Assembly: GCA_965223855.1 (NCBI GenBank)
Contig: CBDCXM010000009.1
Span: 1,056,001 to 1,120,000, forward strand
DNA length: 64,000 bases
Direction of reading: 5' to 3'
From: Candidatus Multivoradales bacterium
GTDB taxonomy: Bacteria; Acidobacteriota; Thermoanaerobaculia; Multivoradales; JAHEKO01
Within the stretch, counting starts at the first letter, position 1, and every line of letters starts with the position of its first letter. The notes beneath the pieces were generated by a model that was not told the origin of the DNA, ran no database searches, and saw only the letters and a list, made by a program, of their open reading frames with translations. This document shows positions 52,965 to 64,000 of this stretch, piece by piece. The translations under genes and the position numbers were made by a program.

Positions 52965-55211
52965 ATGCGTGCGAACAGAGCCGTCCTCGTTCTCGCCGCC
53001 CTTCTTTCGACTCCCGCTCTTCGAGCCTCGACTCCCGACTCGGAAGAGCTGGCGGCGCTGAGGGTGGTACGGGTCGCCTCCGAGATCGTCGTCGACGGCT
53101 CGCTCGACGATCCGGGCTGGCAGGAGGTCGCGCCGATCGAGACCTGGTTCGAGACGCGTCCCGGCGACAACATCGAACCGAAGGTAGCCAACGTCGGCTA
53201 CCTCGCCTACGACGATCGCTACCTCTACGCCGCCTTCAGGTTTACCGACCCGGAGCCGCAGAGAATCCGCGCGCCTCTGGCCGATCGCGACAACGTGCCG
53301 AGCTCGACCGACTACGGCGGCCTGATTCTCGATGCGACGAACGACGCCCGCACGGCACAGATGTTCCTGGCCAATCCGAAGGGAATTCAGTACGACGCGA
53401 TCACCAGCGACGCGGCCGGTGAGGATTCGGCGCCCGACTTCTTCTGGGACAGTGCCAGCCGGGTGACCGAAGACGGCTGGATCCTCGAGATGCGGATCCC
53501 GTTCGCCTCGATCCGCTACAACGACAGCAACCCGGAGCAGTGGGGGCTGATGATGTACCGCAACTGGCCGCGCGAGTACCGCTACCAGATGTTCACCTCG
53601 CGCCTGCCGCGCGACTCCGGCTGCTTCATCTGCAACGTCCGCCCGCTCGAGGGGTTGGCCGAGCTGCCGTCGGGCCGTCACTACGTGATCGCCCCCTACG
53701 GCAACGCCAGCCAGTTCGCGATGCCCGAAGGCGATCTCGGTACGCCGCTAGAGACCGGGGATGCCAGCGGCGAGTTCGGCCTGGACGTCAAGTGGCTGCC
53801 CAACCCGAACACGGTCTTCGACCTGACGCTCAATCCCGATTTCTCGCAGATCGAGTCGGACCAGGCGCAGATCGCCGCCAACGAGCGTTTCGCTCTCTTC
53901 TTCCCCGAGCGCCGACAGTTCTTCCTCGAGGGGGTCGATCTGTTCTCGACCCCGATCAACGCGGTCTTTACCCGGACCTTCACGGCGCCGCGCTGGGGAA
54001 CCAGGGCGACCGGTGAGTTCGCCGGCAACACCTACACCTTCCTGGTGGGGGAGGATCGGGGCGGCGGCAGCGTCATCCTCCCCGATTCCAACTCCTCGAG
54101 CTTCGCCGACCAGGACTTCGAGTCGTTCGTCGGCATCGGCAGGCTGCGGCGGGACTTCGGCCGCTCCTTCGGCAGCTTCCTGATGAGCGCGCGCGAGGTC
54201 GATGGCGGCGGCTACAACCGGGTCTACGGCCCCGACTTCCGCTGGCAGGCGACCGACCACGACGTCATCACCGGTCAGTTCCTGATGAGCGACACGGTCA
54301 CACCCGACCGCCCCGACCTCGCGGACGAATGGGACGGCCGCAGCCTCTCCGGCACCGCCGCGGAGCTGTGGTGGTACCGGCAGCTCGAGAAATGGGACGT
54401 CTTCGCGCTCGGCAGCCGGGTAGGGAGCGAGTTCCGGGCCGACAACGGCTTCGTGCCGCAGGTCGGCTACACCCAGGCGCTGGGCGAGATAGGCCGCACC
54501 TGGCGGCCGGAGGACAAGGCGATTTCACGCCTCCGGTTGTTCTTCTTCAACGAGCGGCAGGAGGATGAAGACGGTCGCCTGCTGCTGAGGGAGACGACTC
54601 CCGGTTTTGCTTTCGACGCCCGCAAGGACTCGTTCGTCCGCTTCGAGTTCCGCTTCGACGAGGTGCTCGGCGTCAACCGGACCTTCGACCGCAACTGGGT
54701 CCACTACTTCCTCTTCTTCACCCCGAGCAAGAAGTTCAACCGGGTGGGCCTCACCGGCAACTTCGGCGATCAGGTCGACTTCGCCAACGACCGTCTGGGT
54801 GACGGCGGAACCGTCAACCTGCAGGCGACCATCCGTCCGACCGACCACCTCGAGTTGCGTCTCGACGCCGGCCGGCGGTGGCTCGACGTCACCAACGAGG
54901 AGGGGCTGTCAGGGCGCCTCTTCACGGCCGACATCGCCCGCCTCAAGGCGACCTACACCTTCAACGCCCGCTCGTGGCTGCGCCTGATCGCCCAGGACGT
55001 GGCGACGAACCGTGATCCGCGTCTCTATCTCGACGAGGTCGACGACGACAGCGGATCGTTCTCCGGCTCAGCCGTCTTCGCCTACAAGCTGAACTGGCAG
55101 ACGGTGCTCTTCGTCGGCTACGCCGACAACCGGGCGCAGGACGAGTTCGATCGCCTGCAGCCGGCCGACCGGGCCCTCTTCACCAAGGTCTCGTACGCGT
55201 TTCAGCGCTGA
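52965..55211 (+). CDS. CBM9-like domain / DUF5916-type outer-membrane protein
   Basis: VDGSLDDPGW, EMRIPF, LTLNPDFSQIESD and FFPERRQFFLEG motifs; C-terminal KVSYAF. Confidence 0.85.
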   Translation: MRANRAVLVLAALLSTPALRASTPDSEELAALRVVRVASEIVVDGSLDDPGWQEVAPIETWFETRPGDNIEPKVANVGYLAYDDRYLYAAFRFTDPEPQRIRAPLADRDNVPSSTDYGGLILDATNDARTAQMFLANPKGIQYDAITSDAAGEDSAPDFFWDSASRVTEDGWILEMRIPFASIRYNDSNPEQWGLMMYRNWPREYRYQMFTSRLPRDSGCFICNVRPLEGLAELPSGRHYVIAPYGNASQFAMPEGDLGTPLETGDASGEFGLDVKWLPNPNTVFDLTLNPDFSQIESDQAQIAANERFALFFPERRQFFLEGVDLFSTPINAVFTRTFTAPRWGTRATGEFAGNTYTFLVGEDRGGGSVILPDSNSSSFADQDFESFVGIGRLRRDFGRSFGSFLMSAREVDGGGYNRVYGPDFRWQATDHDVITGQFLMSDTVTPDRPDLADEWDGRSLSGTAAELWWYRQLEKWDVFALGSRVGSEFRADNGFVPQVGYTQALGEIGRTWRPEDKAISRLRLFFFNERQEDEDGRLLLRETTPGFAFDARKDSFVRFEFRFDEVLGVNRTFDRNWVHYFLFFTPSKKFNRVGLTGNFGDQVDFANDRLGDGGTVNLQATIRPTDHLELRLDAGRRWLDVTNEEGLSGRLFTADIARLKATYTFNARSWLRLIAQDVATNRDPRLYLDEVDDDSGSFSGSAVFAYKLNWQTVLFVGYADNRAQDEFDRLQPADRALFTKVSYAFQR

Positions 55212-55241
55212 GTCCGGGAACCGGGCCCTTGTGGGCGCGAT

Positions 55242-56300
55242 TCAGCTCCGCGGCACCCGGCCGCGTCGCCAGCTGCGATAGACGAGCACCGCCAGGGTCA
55301 CCCCGGTCAGGGGGAGGACGAACGACGCCATCACCCAGCCGAGGCCGGTGGCGGTGTGGTGCTCCGTGGCCCTGAGCACCAGATAGGCGGTGTAGGCCAC
55401 GTAGTAGCCGAGGAAGAGCGCGCCCTTCCAGCGATGCAGCCGGTAGCCGTGGAAGAACAGCGGCAGGCAGGCGAAGGCGACCGCCAGCATGATGGGGAAG
55501 TCGAAGGTGAGAGTCGAGGTCGCGACCGGGATGCCGTGGGGTGAGAAGGCGGCGGTGATGCCGATGACCAGCAGGATGTTGAAGACGTTACTGCCGACCG
55601 CGTTGCCGACTGCGATGTCCTTCTCGCCCCGCAGGCCGGCGAGCGACGAGGTGGCGATCTCCGGCATCGAGGTGCCGACCGCCACCACCGTCAGGCCGAT
55701 CACGAGTTCCGACAGCCCGAACGACTGGGCAAGCTGCACGGCGCCGGAGACCAGCCACCCGGAGCCGATCACGATGCCGACGAAGCCGACGACGATCCAA
55801 CCGATCGAGCCGAGCAGCTTCGGACGAGTCTTCCGGTCGCCGTCGGTGCCCTCGGCATCACGACGCGCGGCCCCCACCAGCCAGACGTTGTAGGCGACGG
55901 CCAGCAGCAGCAGGAGGATGCCGTCCGCGCGTCCGAGCAATCGATCGGACGCCAGCCCCCACAGCAGCAGTGAGAAGCCGAGCATCACCGGTACGTCGAC
56001 CCTCACGACCCGGGCCGACACCGGCAGCGGGGAGATGAGACTTGCCAGCCCGAGGATCAGCAGGATGTTGGCGATGTTGCTGCCGATCACGTTGCCGAGG
56101 CCGATGTCGGAGTCGCCCGACAGCACCGACTGTACGCCGACCGCAGCCTCGGGTGCGCTGGTGCCGAACGCCACCACCGTGAGGCCGATCACCAGCGCCG
56201 GCACGCCGAAGGCGACGGCGACCCGCGAGGACCCGCGAACGAAGAACTCGGCGCCGACGAGCAGCACCGCCAGCCCGCCGAGAAACAGAAGCCAGGCCAT
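55242..56300 (-). CDS. Calcium/sodium antiporter (YrbG-like)
   Basis: Two GTSxPE and GN..GSN repeats. Confidence 0.95.
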   Translation of the reverse strand: MAWLLFLGGLAVLLVGAEFFVRGSSRVAVAFGVPALVIGLTVVAFGTSAPEAAVGVQSVLSGDSDIGLGNVIGSNIANILLILGLASLISPLPVSARVVRVDVPVMLGFSLLLWGLASDRLLGRADGILLLLLAVAYNVWLVGAARRDAEGTDGDRKTRPKLLGSIGWIVVGFVGIVIGSGWLVSGAVQLAQSFGLSELVIGLTVVAVGTSMPEIATSSLAGLRGEKDIAVGNAVGSNVFNILLVIGITAAFSPHGIPVATSTLTFDFPIMLAVAFACLPLFFHGYRLHRWKGALFLGYYVAYTAYLVLRATEHHTATGLGWVMASFVLPLTGVTLAVLVYRSWRRGRVPRS

Positions 56301-56313
56301 CAGTGGCGGGGGC

Positions 56314-59235
<2,922 letters not shown>

Positions 59236-59239
<4 letters not shown>

Positions 59240-61368
59240 GCGCGCTCGTCACTGGGGTGCTCGTGGCGCTCGTCGGTCTCGGCGTGACCGAACTGTGGGC
59301 GGCGCGGCTCGGCGGCCGGCGCTGGCGACCGGGCCGGCGCAGGGCCGTGAGCGTCGCGGTGGCCGCAGTGCTGGCGCTGGCGTGGCTGACTCCGCGCTGG
59401 TCGCTGCGCTACGGCGATGCACTCGTCCCGAGGCTCCTGGCGGCCGTGCTCGTGGTGCTCCTGGGCGTCTACCTGTGGCAGTTGCTGCCGCGGCTGCGGC
59501 CGCTCCTCGGCCGGCAACTCGACTCCCGGCCCTCGCTGCTCTTTGCCTGGCTGCCCTTCGTCGTCTACCTCTCACTGATGCCGTGGGCGACCCAGGAGCG
59601 CCCACCGGACGGCGACGAGCCGTATTACCTGCTCCTCACCCACAGCCTCGCCCACGACTTCGATACCGACCTGGCGAACAACTATGCCGCCGAGGACTCG
59701 ATCGCCATCGTCGGCAGGGCGCTCGAGCCGCAGCAGGGCGATCCGACCGGGCCGGACGGCGAGATCTACTCGCGGCACAACGCCCTGATGCCGGCCCTGC
59801 TGGTACCGGTCTACCTGGTTGCCGGCAGGTTCGGCGTGCTGAGTGTGATGTGTGCCGTCGCCGCCCTCCTTGCCTGGTGGTCGCTGCGTCTCGCCCGACA
59901 CTGGTTCGCCGACCGCCCCGGGGCGGCGCTCGCCGCCTACTTCGTCGTCGCGTTCACGCCGCCGCTCCTCCTCTACTCCCACCAGGTGTGGGTGGAGATC
60001 CCGGCGGCGCTCCTGTTCACGATCGGGCTCGACGCCGCATGGAGCCTCGAGGCCGGCGGACGCCGAGGTCGCCGGCTGACGATCCTGCTGCTGGTGGCGG
60101 GCGTCCTGCCTCTGCTGAAGCTGCGATTTCTGCTGCTCGTCGCGCCGCTCCTGCTGCTGGCCGGACTGCGGCTGCGCGGAGCGGAGACGGACCGGTCGGG
60201 GATCGGTGTCCGCGGCCGCCGGATCGTGGCGGCGGCCCTGCTGGGTCTCGTGCTCCTCGCCGCGGCGATGCTGTGGTTCAACCAGATCACCTACGGCAAC
60301 CCGCTCAAGTATCACGATCTCTCGAAGCTCGACTTCTACTGGAAGGAGCCGGGGCGCTATCCGGTTGGCTTCGCCGGACTGCTGTTCGACGTCGCCTTCG
60401 GCCTCTTCGCCTGTGCTCCGATCTGGCTGCTGCTGTTCGCATCGAGGCCCGGGAGACGACTCGCTCTCGAAGGTCTGCTGCTCGCCTCCCCCTATCTTCT
60501 GGCGCTGGTTCCTCGCGCCGAGTGGTACGGAGCGTGGTCGCCGCCGTTTCGCTACGGCTGTTTCGCGCTGGCGCTTCTGATGCTGCTCCTCGTCCCGATC
60601 TTCGAGCGGCGGCGCGGTGCCGGCGCCCGATGGCTGCTGGGGGCGCTCGGCGGCTCGACCGCCGTGCTGACGCTGCTGTGGACTGTGCGCCCCGGGTGGA
60701 CCTACAACTTCGCGCACGGCCGCAGTCACCTGGTCGACCTGCTGTCGAGCACGATGCAGATCGACGTCGCCCGCTTCTTTCCGACGGCGCTGCGCCCCAA
60801 CCTGGCGCTGTGGTGCTGGCCGCCGGTACTGATCCTTCTCGTGGTCCTGCTCTGGCGGACCGGGTCCGGCAGACGCCGCCATGCGACCGCCTGGACACTC
60901 CTCGGTGTGGTGACGCCGCCGCTGCTGCTGGCGGGCGTGCTGGTTGCCGCTCACCGGGTTCCGACCTCGCGGGTGGAGGCGGAGGATCCCTACGTCGCTC
61001 CCCTCGGCGGGACGCTCTACCCGGAACAGTGGGTCACCGCCCGAGCGCGCCATCGTGGGGGTTGGCGGCTCGGCGAGCACGACCGGCTGGTCGCGCCCGT
61101 CGTCGCAGGCGGCTCCCGCTTCGAGGTCGATGTCGAGTTCCACTCCAGTGCGCACAAGTACCCGATCGTGCTGTGGATCGCTCCCGTGGGGAGCCCGGCG
61201 CAACCGATCGAGATCGAGCGCCTCCCCGGGTGGCGCACGGTCCGCAGTTCGCCGGCGCCCTGGCCGGCCGATACGACCCACCTGAGCATCTCCTTCGACT
61301 CGGTGCGCGACAGCGCCCCGACCGCGCGCCTGTTGGTGGACCGCGTCAGGATCCGCTGGCTCGACTGA
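59236..61368 (+). CDS. Putative GT-C-fold membrane glycosyltransferase
   Basis: GDEPYYL...SL..DFD.DL.NN motif; multiple TM segments. Confidence 0.7.
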
Positions 61369-62407
61369 CACGTCGCTGTCGCACGAGCTCGAGCGTAGTC
61401 GCGACGACGGCTGCCAGCGGTTCGGCCGAGGCGCGACCGGTCCCGGCCAGGTCGAAGGCTGTGCCGTGATCGACCGAGGTGCGGAGGAACGGCAGGCCGA
61501 GGGTCCAGTTGGTCGCGCTGCCGAACGCCGCCGTCTTGACCGCGATCAGCCCCTGGTCGTGATAGAGCGCCAGCACCCAGTCGAACTCGCCGCGGCGGGC
61601 GCGGGCGAAGATCGAGTCGGGGCTCTCCGGGCCGTGGACGTCGATGCCGCGCTCGCGCGCCGCGTCCAGGGCGGGGACGATCCTCTCCCCCTCCTCCGTT
61701 CCCATCAGGCCGCCTTCTCCAGCATGCGGGTTGATCCCGGGGACGGCAATCGAGCCGTCGACGTGGCGGGCGAGACAGCCGAGTGCCTCGGTGATCGAGT
61801 CCGAGGTGACGGCGTCGAGCGCCTCCGTCAGGGGCAGATGGGTGTTGAGGAGCGCTACCCGCAGGTCGGCGCTGAGAAACGCCATCAGGTAGTCGCGGCC
61901 GTAGCGCTCGAGGCCGGCGGCGTGCGCGAGGTAGTCGGTGTGGCCGCGGAACGAGGGGTCGACGTGACGGGCGATCGACGCCTTGGACAGCGGAGCGGTG
62001 ACGAGGGCGTCCGCGGCTCCCGAGCGGGCGAGCGCGGCGCCGACGTCGAGCGCCGCCATCGCGCCGCCGGCGTCCGCGGCGGTCGAGCGGCCCGGCTCGA
62101 TCGTGCGGCGGCGGCCGACGGGATCGATCGCGAGGACGGCGTTCCCCGACTCGCGCCGAGCGGTCGCGTCCCCGAGCGCATCGGGCTCGATCCAACGCAG
62201 GCGCTCGGCGGCGTCTTCTCGGTCGGCCAGGCGCGGCGCGCAGGCTTCGACGGCGGCGCGCTCGATCACGAGCAACGGGCGCCAGCTCCGGTCGGCCGCG
62301 AGAGCCGTCGCGAGGACGATCTCCGGACCGACCCCGGCGGGATCGCCCTGGGTCAGTGCGAGGAGCGGCGTCGAGCTGGAACGGCTCACGCCGGAGATGG
62401 ACGGCAC
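61346..62407 (-). CDS. pdxA: 4-hydroxythreonine-4-phosphate dehydrogenase
   Basis: GDPAGVGPE, GHTDYL, NPHAGEGG, YHDQGLI and RTSVDHGTAFD motifs. Confidence 0.96.
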   Translation of the reverse strand: MPSISGVSRSSSTPLLALTQGDPAGVGPEIVLATALAADRSWRPLLVIERAAVEACAPRLADREDAAERLRWIEPDALGDATARRESGNAVLAIDPVGRRRTIEPGRSTAADAGGAMAALDVGAALARSGAADALVTAPLSKASIARHVDPSFRGHTDYLAHAAGLERYGRDYLMAFLSADLRVALLNTHLPLTEALDAVTSDSITEALGCLARHVDGSIAVPGINPHAGEGGLMGTEEGERIVPALDAARERGIDVHGPESPDSIFARARRGEFDWVLALYHDQGLIAVKTAAFGSATNWTLGLPFLRTSVDHGTAFDLAGTGRASAEPLAAVVATTLELVRQRRVSRASGS

Positions 62408-62453
62408 AGGGGAGGACGCCTCGGGCGTGTGCAGGGAGGACGCGGCTCGCGCC

Positions 62454-62774
62454 TCAGGATCCGTCGCGTCGCCGGCGCTCTTCCTTGTACATGTAGCGGA
62501 TGTTGTGCTTCGGGACCAGCAGGTTGGGCTCGCGCTGCCGGTTGATCTTGATCGAAGACTTGTCGTACCACTCGATCCAGCCGCGCAATTCCTCGTCGTT
62601 GGTGAGCACGACGACCATCGGTGTGCGGGCCGTCATCTGCTTGAGGTAGTAGAACTCCTCCGCGTTGGTCTGCTCGGGCGGGGTCTGCTTGCGGCGGACG
62701 ACCCGGGAGCCCTCACGGCCGCGATCGCCGGAGCCGGGGCGGATCAACTTTCGCTGGGTGCCGGAATCAGGCAT
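62454..62774 (-). CDS. hfq: Hfq-family RNA chaperone
   Basis: Sm1-like [18 protein letters not shown] and Sm2-like LLVPKHNI. Confidence 0.75.
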   Translation of the reverse strand: MPDSGTQRKLIRPGSGDRGREGSRVVRRKQTPPEQTNAEEFYYLKQMTARTPMVVVLTNDEELRGWIEWYDKSSIKINRQREPNLLVPKHNIRYMYKEERRRRDGS

Positions 62775-63501
62775 GACTTCGATTCTCCGGTTTCTTCTTC
62801 TTTCTCTTCAGTGGCGGGTACTGTTCGTTCTCGTAGGACAGGCAGCAAAGGAGACGTCCGCACTGGCCGGAGATCTTGGACGGGTTGAGGCTCAACCCCT
62901 GGCGCTTGGCCATCTGGATCGAGATCGGCTTGAAGTCACCGAGCCACGTGGAGCAGCACAGCGTCTGACCGCAAACGCCGACTCCACCCAGTAGTTTCGC
63001 CTCGTCACGGGCTCCCAGTTGCACCATCTTGATGCGAACGGAGAAACGGCTCGAAGCCTCGCGGACCAGCCGTCGGAAATCGACCCGCTCGTCGGCGGTA
63101 AAGAACACCTTCGCCCGCTTGCCGTTGAGGGAGAACTCGACCTTCGAGATCTTGAGGTCGAGATCGAGATTGCGCGCCTTCTCGCGCAGGAAGAGCTTCG
63201 CGGTCGCCTCGCGCTCGAGCTTGCGGTCGTAGGCGGCGGCGTCCTCGGTCGTCGCGCGGCGCGAGATCGATCGGGCGCTCGACTTCTGACACGGCTTGAA
63301 GACCGGCATCGGCGACTGCTCGACCCGCCCGAAGTGAGGGCCGGAGTCGAGATCGACGATCACCCGGTCCCCCCGGGCGTAGATCTCCCCACCGGTCCCG
63401 CAGAGGGTCAGGTTGGTCTCTTCGTCGAAGCGCACGCCGACGAAGCTGTCCTCGACAGCGGTCGACATCCCCTTGAAACTGCATCCGCTACAGCCAGCCA
63501 T
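62767..63501 (-). CDS. PSP1/YaaT (RicT)-family Fe-S protein
   Basis: RVDFR.LV, GARDEAK..GG.G.CG..LCC and [18 protein letters not shown] motifs. Confidence 0.92.
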   Translation of the reverse strand: MAGCSGCSFKGMSTAVEDSFVGVRFDEETNLTLCGTGGEIYARGDRVIVDLDSGPHFGRVEQSPMPVFKPCQKSSARSISRRATTEDAAAYDRKLEREATAKLFLREKARNLDLDLKISKVEFSLNGKRAKVFFTADERVDFRRLVREASSRFSVRIKMVQLGARDEAKLLGGVGVCGQTLCCSTWLGDFKPISIQMAKRQGLSLNPSKISGQCGRLLCCLSYENEQYPPLKRKKKKPENRSHA

Positions 63502-63688
63502 CGGTCTTGCGGGAACTCCTTGCACGTCGGATACCAGGCTCCGAGCGCGAATTCAGTCCCTTCGCATAAGGAAAGGACCGTTCAGAAACGAAAGGGTCAC
63601 AGAAATCTTGTCGGTCATTATGGCGCTTCGCCGAAGAAGCGGTCAAAGCGGCGTGGGGTTGAATTGGTCACACACCGGCGTGAGAAGT

Positions 63689-64000
63689 TCAGGCTAGAAC
63701 CCGGCGACCGATGTCGCGCCGCAACGTGCGCCCCTCCCAGCTGACCTTGTCGGCGAGAGCGTAGGCGCGCGCGAGGGCGGCCTCGAGATCGGCGCCGCGG
63801 GCGCAGGCGTTGATCACGCGGCCGCCGGCGACGAGGACCCGGCCTTCCGAATCGGCTTTCGTGCCGGCGTGGAAGATCGCCTCGCCCTCGCCCGCCGCGT
63901 CGAGGCCGCCGATGACCGCGCCGGTGGCGGGGGTGCCCGGGTAGCCCTCGCTCGCCAGGACGATGCAGGCGGAAGCGCCGTCGTCGAACTCGAGCCGGGT
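63689..64000 (-). CDS. purD: Phosphoribosylamine--glycine ligase, 3' end
   Basis: Manual translation: CIVLASEGYPG...IFHAGT...VAGGRVIN...RRDIG. Confidence 0.9.
   Translation of the reverse strand, partial: TRLEFDDGASACIVLASEGYPGTPATGAVIGGLDAAGEGEAIFHAGTKADSEGRVLVAGGRVINACARGADLEAALARAYALADKVSWEGRTLRRDIGRRVLA

Overview
GC-rich bacterial window. The gene content suggests Acidobacteriota (Thermoanaerobaculia-like); this is an inference from the C-terminal IFADGFESGD and PVEL-xx-F motifs, the ECF sigma plus Ser/Thr kinase module and the Hfq paralog. The right half (29.85-64 kb) is mostly housekeeping: a SUF operon (Rrf2 regulator, sufBCDSU), acs, a VapBC-like TA pair, ECF/OmpA/kinase, SMUG1-type glycosylase, thiI, a wzm/wzt-like ABC exporter, serS, pdxA, hfq, a PSP1/YaaT protein and the 3' end of purD. 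The left half holds a ~25 kb accessory island (about 4.7-29.85 kb) between an acyltransferase gene and sufU. Its most striking feature is three intact and two truncated copies of one 301-aa HUH/Y1 (RAYT/IS200-like) transposase, all on the + strand. They come with about 18 copies of two mutually inverted end motifs: L = AGGTGTCACAGGAATACTGCA and R = CTCTTCAGTATTCCTGTGAGGCCTCTA. These motifs bracket the transposase and also occur alone at the boundaries of unrelated cargo modules (TA pairs, an RHS-TNT toxin with a putative immunity gene, peptidases, secreted proteins), giving an integron-like cassette array with no integrase. Short stutter duplications flank the motifs, and fragments of neighbouring genes (for example a 124-bp sufS piece) sit next to them. 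Several conserved genes carry frameshifts that are probably assembly indel errors.
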